Assembly: GCA_944391965.1 (NCBI GenBank)
Contig: CALXVH010000003.1
Span: 22,551-86,550, forward strand
Length of the DNA: 64,000 nt
From: an uncultured Clostridia bacterium
GTDB taxonomy: Bacteria; Bacillota; Clostridia; TANB77; CAG-508
Reading direction: 5' to 3'
This document shows positions 56,164 to 64,000 of this stretch, in pieces. Position numbers and translations under genes: made by a program. The notes under the pieces were generated by a model. It was not told where the DNA came from, made no database searches, and saw only the letters and a program-made list of their open reading frames with translations. Numbering within the stretch: position 1 is the stretch's first letter; the number at the start of each line of letters is the position of its first letter.

Positions 56164-56175
56164 TCTCTATATAAA

Positions 56176-56907
56176 TTATTTTACTCCACCAAGCCATTTT
56201 GCAAAACCAATCTTGTAGTTACTTGTTCCTGTTACTATATAACGTACCATAGGTCTGTTATTAAAGATACCAAAACAATCACACTCTTCACGAGGATTTA
56301 AATATCCTATTTTCTTTGTTAAGCTTGTATCAGCATATATATTCTCTATTGTAGATCCATTTACATATTTTCTCACTTCTTCGTCACTTCCTCCACTATA
56401 ATCTTTTTCTTCTACAGGTTGTGCTTGTAGTCCTAATTGTTCTCTTATCTTATTTAAAAATCTTTCCCAACCATAATCTAGTGTTCTATGTGGGCAATAT
56501 TTACCGTTATAATCTTGATGTTTTGTAACCTTCTCTATTCCCCAACCGTATTGTTTTAAAAGATAAGCTATATAACATGTTGCTAAATTTTCTGCTTCAT
56601 CAAAACGTTCTCCTCCAGATTTAGAATAACAAATTTCTATAGATATTTGAGTTCTATTACCTTTTCCACTTCCACCGTCTCCACAATGCCAAGTATTTCT
56701 ATTAAAAGGTATTCCTGTTACTACTCTTTCATTATCTATTGCTACGTGAAAAGAAACTTTATTGTTATTACCTATCATATAAGATACTTCTGACATAGCA
56801 CTTGCATCATTTGCTGTGTTATGTACGCATATTCCTTGTGGTGTCATCTCATATGGACACTTTGTAGAATATTTAGAAGTTGGACATGTTACATTAGTTA
56901 TTTGCAT
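56176..56907 (-). CDS. phage endolysin, N-acetylmuramoyl-L-alanine amidase (Amidase_2/PGRP type) with a C-terminal binding domain
   Basis: Motifs HNTAND, FHVAID, WHCGDG and KHQDYNGKYCPH are present. ATG 56907 is preferred as the start because it is 9 nt from GGAG. Confidence 0.88.
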   Translation of the reverse strand: MQITNVTCPTSKYSTKCPYEMTPQGICVHNTANDASAMSEVSYMIGNNNKVSFHVAIDNERVVTGIPFNRNTWHCGDGGSGKGNRTQISIEICYSKSGGERFDEAENLATCYIAYLLKQYGWGIEKVTKHQDYNGKYCPHRTLDYGWERFLNKIREQLGLQAQPVEEKDYSGGSDEEVRKYVNGSTIENIYADTSLTKKIGYLNPREECDCFGIFNNRPMVRYIVTGTSNYKIGFAKWLGGVK

Positions 56908-57023
56908 CAAAATCATCTCCTATTCCATCTGTTTCTTTGCTCTTAAAATCATTTTCTGATATATTCTTTTGATATAAGTCTTCGTTAAAATCCACTGTTT
57001 CTTCGAATATGTTATCTTCCACG
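56895..57023 (-). CDS. hypothetical 42-aa acidic peptide between the holin and endolysin genes
   Basis: GTG 57023 is 7 nt after GGAGG. The product is VEDNIFEETVDFNEDLYQKNISENDFKSKETDGIGDDFDANN and the ORF overlaps the endolysin start. Confidence 0.3.
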
Positions 57024-57034
57024 ACTATTCCTCC

Positions 57035-57229
57035 TTATTTCTTATTATAATTAATATTAGAAATTCCTAGGATTGCTCCTAAAAATGTTGTTACTGCTGT
57101 CATTATAGTTAAAACTATGTCTGTACAACCTACATTAAAACAATTTAAAACTACACCAATTAAAGTGGTTAAAGCTGGTAAAAATACTAGTGTTATCCAC
57201 TTTAGAACATCATAAATCTTATTGCTCAT
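57035..57229 (-). CDS. putative holin
   Basis: 64 aa with two TM helices, immediately upstream of the endolysin. Confidence 0.7.
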   Translation of the reverse strand: MSNKIYDVLKWITLVFLPALTTLIGVVLNCFNVGCTDIVLTIMTAVTTFLGAILGISNINYNKK

Positions 57230-57230
57230 G

Positions 57231-57521
57231 TTATTTCCCCCTTTCCAATAAAATGTCGACTTTTTTATCTGTACTTTCCATTTGCTTTTGTAAAAGTTCT
57301 AAGGATTTTGCAGTATTTGAATTTGTTTGTTGCATTTCTATTAAACAGCTAGAGATAGTCGTTGTAGTATTTTCTACTACTTGTAGTGTTGTTTTTATAG
57401 TTTCTTGATTTTCTGCATTTTTCTTTTTATTTACTACATAATCCCAAATAAAAACTATAATTATTACAGCACTTACACCATAATTTAGAATTATTTGTCC
57501 TATTTGATTTATTTCTTCCAT
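57231..57521 (-). CDS. small N-terminal-TM coiled-coil protein (BhlA/UviB-like layout)
   Basis: 96 aa with one TM helix followed by a coiled coil. Confidence 0.5.
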   Translation of the reverse strand: MEEINQIGQIILNYGVSAVIIIVFIWDYVVNKKKNAENQETIKTTLQVVENTTTTISSCLIEMQQTNSNTAKSLELLQKQMESTDKKVDILLERGK

Positions 57522-57730
57522 GCTTCTATTTCCTCCTCTAGACTGTTAATTTTATCTTCTGTCTGCAAAATCCTATTTTCTACTTGTTTCCAACGGTCGT
57601 TACCAGACTCTTTTCTTGCTTCGTAATCTGACATAGTATGTAACGTAGAAAAAATATTTATAATTATAAAAATTAAAACTAATATTAGTCCTATAACTAC
57701 TGCTTTGTCTCTTTTTTCTAAATTCTTCAT
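57509..57730 (-). CDS. small N-terminal-TM coiled-coil protein
   Basis: 73 aa with the same layout. It overlaps the next gene by 13 nt. Confidence 0.5.
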   Translation of the reverse strand: MKNLEKRDKAVVIGLILVLIFIIINIFSTLHTMSDYEARKESGNDRWKQVENRILQTEDKINSLEEEIEAWKK

Positions 57731-57743
57731 TATCTATCTCCTA

Positions 57744-58109
57744 TTATATTCCCCAAACTTTTTCTAATTGTATGTTATCTTTCCATTCCCAGCCTTCTAA
57801 ATCACAACATTGAAATTTTACTTTGTTGTCTGAAGTTATTGTAATAGCAAATGTTGCATAATAAGTCTTTAATGCTGAATTAAGACGAAAAAACTGTTTT
57901 TCGTCTGTTACAGATACAACTACTGTTGTTTCCTCTTCTCCTTCATTCCACTTCCTCACACGACAAATAAAGAAATTATAATCTGATACATTTCCACCTA
58001 AATATGCACTTACTTCTTCGCCTTCGTTAGAACCGTGAAGTCCACCAGCAAAAAGTTCGTGTTTATTCTCTACTCTTTTCTTTAATTTTAAAATTAGAGG
58101 TTCGCTCAT
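57744..58109 (-). CDS. phage hypothetical protein sharing the N-terminal motif MSEPxILKLKK
   Basis: 121 aa with RBS GGAGGTGAG, preceded by the (CT)19 leader. Confidence 0.65.
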   Translation of the reverse strand: MSEPLILKLKKRVENKHELFAGGLHGSNEGEEVSAYLGGNVSDYNFFICRVRKWNEGEEETTVVVSVTDEKQFFRLNSALKTYYATFAITITSDNKVKFQCCDLEGWEWKDNIQLEKVWGI

Positions 58110-58137
58110 TAGAACTCACCTCCTATTTTTATATTAT

Positions 58138-58224
<87 letters not shown>

Positions 58225-58248
58225 ATTTACATCTTCCTTTCTTTTAAT

Positions 58249-58740
58249 TTAATCTGCTACTTCAACCGTTAATTGTGTTTGTCTTAAACTACCTCCACCA
58301 TCTAATACATTAATATCTGCATTAGAACCTGCCAAAAACAGTTGAATTATATCTCCTTCTTGTACTTCCATATATTCACTATAAAGAGAATAAGAACCTG
58401 GTCCTAATCCTTGTTGAAAGAAATTGGATTCAGCAAATTTTTCTTCATTTTTTCTAATAGTTATATAAATATCTGTACTCTGATTATTTTGTGCTAACCT
58501 TACTAAAGCATTAGCTTTTACATTTATATGTTTAACTCCAGCTCCAATTTTTATGCCGTTTGTAATATATTCTAAATATCCATTACTATTATCGTAACAT
58601 TTAGATAAAACCAATGGTTCTTCTAAATAAGCATTTCCACCAGTATGATTATAAGTATGAGTTTCTGCATTAAATATAGTCATATTTGCTTTTCTTTTTT
58701 CTAATTCTTTTTTTAACTTTAAAATTTCTGGTTCTGACAT
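58249..58740 (-). CDS. phage hypothetical protein, possible fibre tip or assembly factor
   Basis: 163 aa. The N-terminus MSEPEILKLKKELEK is followed by a beta-rich domain. It lies directly downstream of the collagen-like fibre gene. Confidence 0.6.
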   Translation of the reverse strand: MSEPEILKLKKELEKRKANMTIFNAETHTYNHTGGNAYLEEPLVLSKCYDNSNGYLEYITNGIKIGAGVKHINVKANALVRLAQNNQSTDIYITIRKNEEKFAESNFFQQGLGPGSYSLYSEYMEVQEGDIIQLFLAGSNADINVLDGGGSLRQTQLTVEVAD

Positions 58741-58751
58741 TTCTTACCTCC

Positions 58752-60458
58752 TCATTCACTTATTATAAATTCTAGATTAGTTCCAGTTGGCACATTCCAA
58801 TCTTTAAATTGGATATGTGTTTCATCTACTTCTATGTAGTTCTCATCTTTAATCAGCTTATTTCCTTCAAAATAAACAGACAAAGAGTTAGTATCTACTT
58901 CATAAGTAGGTACTTCATAATTTGTATTTTGTTCTATTTCTTCTGTAGTTTTTATCTTATTTATAGATAAGGTTGGATTTTTACCTGGTTCGCCTTGAGG
59001 TCCTTTCGGTCCTATCGCTCCTTTTTCGCCCTTTAAATTTTTAAATATAAAATTTAAATTTTTTGCTGTGTTTGGTCCTTCAGCAGTTACAGTAACTGAA
59101 GGTGTTCCAGTATTATTATCAATTGAAGCATTTATGGTTCCAAATCCTGCAGAAGCTCCAGTATCACCTTTTTCACCGGGAACTCCTTGAATACCCTGTG
59201 GACCCTGAATACCTTGTGGACCTTGCTCTCCTTGTGGACCTTGATTTCCTGTTTCACCAGTATCTCCCTTTTCTCCTTTTACTCCTTGTGCCCCTGATAA
59301 ATCTGCCATAAATTTAAAATCTGTAGCACCTTTTACATATAATTTTGCATTATCTGGATCTTCTATATTAGAAGCGATCATTACGAATTTTCCTTCTGGA
59401 ACATTATTTTTATCTAATTCCATATCATCTATCGATTCATATGTTTTAAATATTGAAAAATCCTCTCCCGAATCGCCTTTGTCACCTTTTTCACCTTTTA
59501 TACCTTGAGGGCCCTGTTCTCCTTGTACTCCTTGTTCACCTTGTATACCTTGAGGACCTTTCGGTCCTATATCTCCTTTATCTCCTTTAGGTAAGATAAA
59601 GTTTAAAGTTTGATTAGGGGATTCTCCTGTAATTGTAACCTTTACTTCTTCTCCACTTGATACTGTTCCTATTTTCAGTACATTGGCAGGTCCCGTTTCA
59701 CCAGTATCTCCTTTTAAACCCGTATCACCTTTTTGACCTTTTTCTCCTCTTGGTAAAATCAGATTAAGTTTTTGGTTTGGACTTTCTCCCGATATTGTTG
59801 CTTCTGCAACATCACCTTCTTCAACTGTACCTATACTTAAATTATTAGACGGTCCTGTATCACCTTTTAGTCCAGTCTCTCCCTTTTCCCCTTTATCTCC
59901 ACGTGGCAAAATAAGATTTAATTTTTGATTTGGATAATCTCCACTTATACTTGCCTTTGCTTCTTCTCCTGCTTCTACAATTCCTATACTTAGCACATTG
60001 GCTGGTCCAACATTTCCTTGTTCTCCTTGCGGTCCCTGTATTCCTTGCTCTCCTCGAGGTCCTTCTGGTCCCTGTGGTCCAGTATCTCCTTGTGGGCCTT
60101 TGGGCAAAATAAGATTTAATTTTTGATTTGGATAATCTCCACTTATACTTGCCTTTGCTTCTTCTCCTGCTTCTACAATTCCTATACTTAGCACATTGGC
60201 TGGTCCAACATTTCCTTGTTCTCCTTGCGGTCCCTGTATTCCTTGCTCTCCTTGTGGTCCTTCTGGTCCCTGTGGTCCAGTATCTCCTTTTGCTCCTTTC
60301 AGTTTTTCAAGTTGTTCTTGTGTAAAATCTTCATATCTAAAAGAATCTCCTTTTTCACCTTTGTCACCCTTATCACCTTTTAAAAAAGGAAGACTAATCT
60401 CACCTAAGTATATTTCTAATGGATTTATATTTTCTAAATCATCTATTAAAATAGCCAT
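58752..60458 (-). CDS. collagen-like repeat tail fibre protein
   Basis: It has multiple G-X-Y tracts alternating with four modules of the form [13 protein letters not shown]....I.G..PNQ.LN.ILP.G. Confidence 0.85.
   Translation of the reverse strand: MAILIDDLENINPLEIYLGEISLPFLKGDKGDKGEKGDSFRYEDFTQEQLEKLKGAKGDTGPQGPEGPQGEQGIQGPQGEQGNVGPANVLSIGIVEAGEEAKASISGDYPNQKLNLILPKGPQGDTGPQGPEGPRGEQGIQGPQGEQGNVGPANVLSIGIVEAGEEAKASISGDYPNQKLNLILPRGDKGEKGETGLKGDTGPSNNLSIGTVEEGDVAEATISGESPNQKLNLILPRGEKGQKGDTGLKGDTGETGPANVLKIGTVSSGEEVKVTITGESPNQTLNFILPKGDKGDIGPKGPQGIQGEQGVQGEQGPQGIKGEKGDKGDSGEDFSIFKTYESIDDMELDKNNVPEGKFVMIASNIEDPDNAKLYVKGATDFKFMADLSGAQGVKGEKGDTGETGNQGPQGEQGPQGIQGPQGIQGVPGEKGDTGASAGFGTINASIDNNTGTPSVTVTAEGPNTAKNLNFIFKNLKGEKGAIGPKGPQGEPGKNPTLSINKIKTTEEIEQNTNYEVPTYEVDTNSLSVYFEGNKLIKDENYIEVDETHIQFKDWNVPTGTNLEFIISE
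59905..60289. repeat. 198-bp tandem duplication (~1.9 copies) inside the fibre gene
   Basis: 59905-60102 and 60103-60289 differ at 2 positions (CTCCTCGAGG versus CTCCTTGTGG). The period is 66 codons. Confidence 0.95.
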
Positions 60459-60803
60459 TTATTCGTCCCCCCTAAAAGTAACTTCTTCTGTTAATGTAAT
60501 ACTTCCAGATCCTAATGTTTTTACAAATGTTCCACTTTTCAATTCTATGTCATAACTATAAGTACCATATGGCATCTCGCTAGTATCTTCTGATTCTATT
60601 GTAAAAAAATAATATCCAGAAGTATCATCATAATTAATACTTTCCGGATATTTTTTTTGAATTAATACATCTTCTGAATTTGAATTTTGTTTAACTGTAA
60701 AATACAAATTATCATTCTCTGTTAATTTAACCCTATTTTCATTTTTATCCATTAATGGAAATTTAATAACTTGGGTATCTCCTCTTATAAACTCAAGATC
60801 CAT
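60459..60803 (-). CDS. small phage structural protein (Ig-like/BppU-N-like guess)
   Basis: 114 aa beginning [13 protein letters not shown]. Its stop abuts the fibre gene start. Confidence 0.5.
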   Translation of the reverse strand: MDLEFIRGDTQVIKFPLMDKNENRVKLTENDNLYFTVKQNSNSEDVLIQKKYPESINYDDTSGYYFFTIESEDTSEMPYGTYSYDIELKSGTFVKTLGSGSITLTEEVTFRGDE

Positions 60804-60830
60804 TTTTTCCTCCTATTTTTTATTTTATTT

Positions 60831-63800
60831 TTAATATTCTACATTTCCGTTTTTATAAACAGTAAATCCTTGCATTTTTTCGTATATCTTTAATTTATCA
60901 TTAGTACTTATATCAGTATTGTTTATATAATTAAATAAATCTTCTCTTTCTTGTGTACCTAATTTATATTGCTGTCCTAGTAAAACTAATCTATTTTCAT
61001 AGCTTAATTTCATATTGTTTATATAGTTATATACTTTATTCTTTTTGCTGTTTGTAACTGTTTTTCCTTGTACAGTTCCATCATCTTTTTTATCACTAGT
61101 AAATTTTTGAGTTTTATATTTAAGATATTCATTTATATCAATTCCATTTTTAGATAATACTTTATTATATACATCATCATCTTTTCCAAATGTAGATTTG
61201 TAAATAGCTCCTTTAGATTTATCTGAAATGTTCATTTTTGATAATACATCTATTTTTTCATCTTGTTTATCTACTCCTAATGTTGAACCAATATATTTAA
61301 AGTAATCAGATTCATTTCCTCCATCATGTTTAATTTGTTCTATTGTTTTATATGTAGTACTTGCCTTTACATCTTTAATACTATTTTTATTAGCATAATC
61401 TATTTTATTCTTTTCATTTGCATATGAATATATTTCAGATATGGCCTTTGTTTTTTGTTCATCTGTCATGTTTTTATATTCACTTGAATTTGTCAATTTG
61501 TTTAATAAGTTATATGAAGTCTTTCCATATTGCTTTTTATAATTAGCATATTCATCTGCAGTTAATCTATATTTTTCAGAGTTAATTGTAAAATCTTTAT
61601 TTATACTTGTGTTAGGCAATACAGAATTATCTCCTGTCCTTTCGTATAAATCAGATATTGAATTGTCTACTTTTGTAGATTTCAATTCTTTTTCTGTCCA
61701 AGGAAATACAGCTTGTTGTAAAGCTCTATATAATTTATTAGGTTCACGTTTTACTTCATTTCCCCATACATCAGTTTTGGCAGGTAATAGTTTACTTGCA
61801 AAAGGTATTTTATTTAATATTTGTTTACTTGTACTATCTACTGCTTTTGAGAACATATTCTTTTTAGTTGAAGTCGTACTTCTTTCTGTATCATCAATCA
61901 TTTTAGCAACTTGACCACCAAGAGTTGGGAAAAATTGATTTACGTATGATTTTGCAGAATTAATTAATAAATTTTGGAAAAATTGGGCATCGCCTTGTGC
62001 AAAGCTCTTTACAGCACTTGCTACACCAGATAACATTGACATTTCTATCATAGGGTTCATTGCTGATGACATCGCATCTATACTATTTGATATTTTGTCT
62101 AACATATCTTCTGTAGTTTGATTTTCTCCAGAATTTTTAACATTATCATTTAATTGTGCGCCTATAAATAATGGAATTGCAGTTGGGGACAACCAGTCTA
62201 ATGAATACGTTTTATCTTCTATTTTTAAAGCAAATGATTGATTTCCTCTGTCTTCTTGATAGTATTCATTTTTTTGATCATCCTCATCACCACTTGCTGA
62301 TAATATTCCGGCTTGGGCTAGTGCATATCCAACAGCTGTTATTCCTGTTCCAGTAAGTCCTTTAGATAGGTTATCTATATATTGATTTACATTAATATCT
62401 CCTTTTCTTAACTTAGCTATATCTGTTGTAAAGGATTTAACTATTCCTATTGGGCTATATTCTATTCCTGTTTTCGCAACATTAATTGGTGTCTTCTTAA
62501 ATGGTATAATTGCACCCGTTAACAATCTCGTAGCTTTATTTTTATTTTCTAATGTATTTAATAGTGAAGCTAATGAGCTATATTGATGGAATGTAGCTTC
62601 TTGAGCTTGCTCGATTGCATATTTCCTAGCTTTTTCTAATTTTGTATCTGCTTCTTTTGTTCCTGCAGTTAAATCTTTTTCTGTTAATTTATTAGCAGTC
62701 ATATAATCTGCCATTGCTTTTCTATATGAATTTTTTAGCCCAAATGTATCTTCTGCTTCTAATGCTTTACTATTTAAATTATACAATTTTCCTAGTGTAT
62801 TTTCTAATATATTACTTTTGAAAGTTCTTTGGTATTGCTGTATTAAATTTTTTGTATCAAATTTACTTTCATTATTTAATCTATCCAAAACATTTTCAAC
62901 ATCTTTTTTTGCAAATGATTTAACTTCTTTACTAGATGGTTTTAAAGTTTTTGTTCTTTGATCTATCATACCTGTTCTCTGTGCAATACTTTCTAACCCA
63001 CCTGCTATTTTATTTTTTATAGATTGTACATTTGCCATTGAAAAGTTTCCTATTATATTTCTTATATGTGTTCTAGGATTTGCAAGCATAGAAAAGTACC
63101 TCCAACTATCTATCTTTTCCATAGTAGTTTTTGGTACTTGCTTTGCTAATTCTCTTGCTACTTCATCAATGTTCTTCTCTAAATTTTCCTTACTTGAATT
63201 AGTAATTTTATCTAACATTTCTGGAGTCAAATCAAATTGTTGTCCTTTTCCTTTTGTTCTTTTTTCTATCTGCTTATTCATTCTATCTACAACTTTTGAT
63301 AAATATACTGCTTGCCCTTGTGGAGTTTGTCTATTTATTAAACTCATTGCTTGTACTGTTTGTCCTGCTTGTGTTCCTGCTAATGCTACATTTTGTATTA
63401 CATCTTGTAACTTTTCTTTTTCTCCAGTCTTTGAATAATATTCTATTAATCTTTCTCCTACAGCAATATCATCTGCTGTAATCTTATCATTATTCTTTAC
63501 CTTTGTTGCTAATGTTACAGATTCATTATCTGCTCCATTGTTAATTATTCTATTATCTGCTGTTGCTAATTGTTTTTCATTACTATCTGGCACATATGTA
63601 TCACTACCTATTAATTCTTTTGCTATAGCTTTTGCTTCTGGAGAAGTATTTGAACTTTGCATTATTGATTTATAATGTTTTCTAGTTTTTCCTCCTTCTG
63701 AAATAGGTAAATTCGTTTTGCCTGTTTGATTGTTATCTTGATATAAAACATTATAAGCATCTACTTTTTTACTATTAATTGTTTCTTTTGTAGGTAACCT

Positions 63801-64000
63801 TAATTCTTGAACTGTTTTACCTTTTCCTGTTGAACCTATTTGATTTTCTAGGAATGATTGCCATGCTCCCTGTGTATCTATAACAGAGTTTTTATTTAAT
63901 CTGTTCCATATCTGTCTGTCACTATTTTGTAAAGTTGCTTTATTAGTTTGTTCCATATCTTTTTGATAAATTTCATCATTATTCCCATCCTTTTTAGGAT
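60831..64000 (-). CDS. large phage structural protein; N-terminus probably outside the window
   Basis: The ORF track starts at ATG 63956, but the frame stays open to position 64000 (…PKKDGNNDEIYQKD-M) and no RBS precedes 63956. Confidence 0.6.
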   Translation of the reverse strand, partial: PKKDGNNDEIYQKDMEQTNKATLQNSDRQIWNRLNKNSVIDTQGAWQSFLENQIGSTGKGKTVQELRLPTKETINSKKVDAYNVLYQDNNQTGKTNLPISEGGKTRKHYKSIMQSSNTSPEAKAIAKELIGSDTYVPDSNEKQLATADNRIINNGADNESVTLATKVKNNDKITADDIAVGERLIEYYSKTGEKEKLQDVIQNVALAGTQAGQTVQAMSLINRQTPQGQAVYLSKVVDRMNKQIEKRTKGKGQQFDLTPEMLDKITNSSKENLEKNIDEVARELAKQVPKTTMEKIDSWRYFSMLANPRTHIRNIIGNFSMANVQSIKNKIAGGLESIAQRTGMIDQRTKTLKPSSKEVKSFAKKDVENVLDRLNNESKFDTKNLIQQYQRTFKSNILENTLGKLYNLNSKALEAEDTFGLKNSYRKAMADYMTANKLTEKDLTAGTKEADTKLEKARKYAIEQAQEATFHQYSSLASLLNTLENKNKATRLLTGAIIPFKKTPINVAKTGIEYSPIGIVKSFTTDIAKLRKGDINVNQYIDNLSKGLTGTGITAVGYALAQAGILSASGDEDDQKNEYYQEDRGNQSFALKIEDKTYSLDWLSPTAIPLFIGAQLNDNVKNSGENQTTEDMLDKISNSIDAMSSAMNPMIEMSMLSGVASAVKSFAQGDAQFFQNLLINSAKSYVNQFFPTLGGQVAKMIDDTERSTTSTKKNMFSKAVDSTSKQILNKIPFASKLLPAKTDVWGNEVKREPNKLYRALQQAVFPWTEKELKSTKVDNSISDLYERTGDNSVLPNTSINKDFTINSEKYRLTADEYANYKKQYGKTSYNLLNKLTNSSEYKNMTDEQKTKAISEIYSYANEKNKIDYANKNSIKDVKASTTYKTIEQIKHDGGNESDYFKYIGSTLGVDKQDEKIDVLSKMNISDKSKGAIYKSTFGKDDDVYNKVLSKNGIDINEYLKYKTQKFTSDKKDDGTVQGKTVTNSKKNKVYNYINNMKLSYENRLVLLGQQYKLGTQEREDLFNYINNTDISTNDKLKIYEKMQGFTVYKNGNVEY

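Overview
This is 64 kb of a very AT-rich, spore-forming Firmicute (Clostridia-like) chromosome. Most of it is housekeeping: asd-dapA-dapB, ctsR-mcsA-mcsB-clpC, lexA, a Ser T-box leader with serS, engB, rsmA, a PASTA-domain PBP, a P-type Ca-ATPase, smc, dus, rodA-minE-minD and a four-subunit 2-oxoacid:ferredoxin oxidoreductase. Four things are not explained by that backbone. (1) A roughly 30-nt palindromic element (consensus TAGGGATTTGGGGACGTTCCTTAAATCCCTA) occurs at 12 intergenic loci, about 19 units in total. One Y1/HUH transposase-like gene (54481..55266) is bracketed by an inverted pair of these elements, which is a REP/RAYT-type arrangement. (2) At least six visibly GC-richer islands carry orphan genes: 5174-6987, 13390-14028, 22570-23511, 26813-28159 (a divergent purA-like gene), 28963-30009 and 48978-50624. 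Each has its own near-consensus promoter and a conventional hairpin terminator. (3) An operon encodes a metallophosphoesterase, a DUF45 peptidase and an ADP-ribosylglycohydrolase-macrodomain fusion. (4) A prophage end (about 56.2 kb to the window edge) has a lysis cassette, a modular collagen-like fibre with a 198-bp tandem duplication, and a perfect (CT)19 microsatellite that is read through by a 28-codon leader ORF between two fibre-associated genes with the same N-terminal motif. I saw no rRNA, tRNA or CRISPR array. Start codons were refined by eye from RBS spacing. All family calls come from motif recognition, not database searches.
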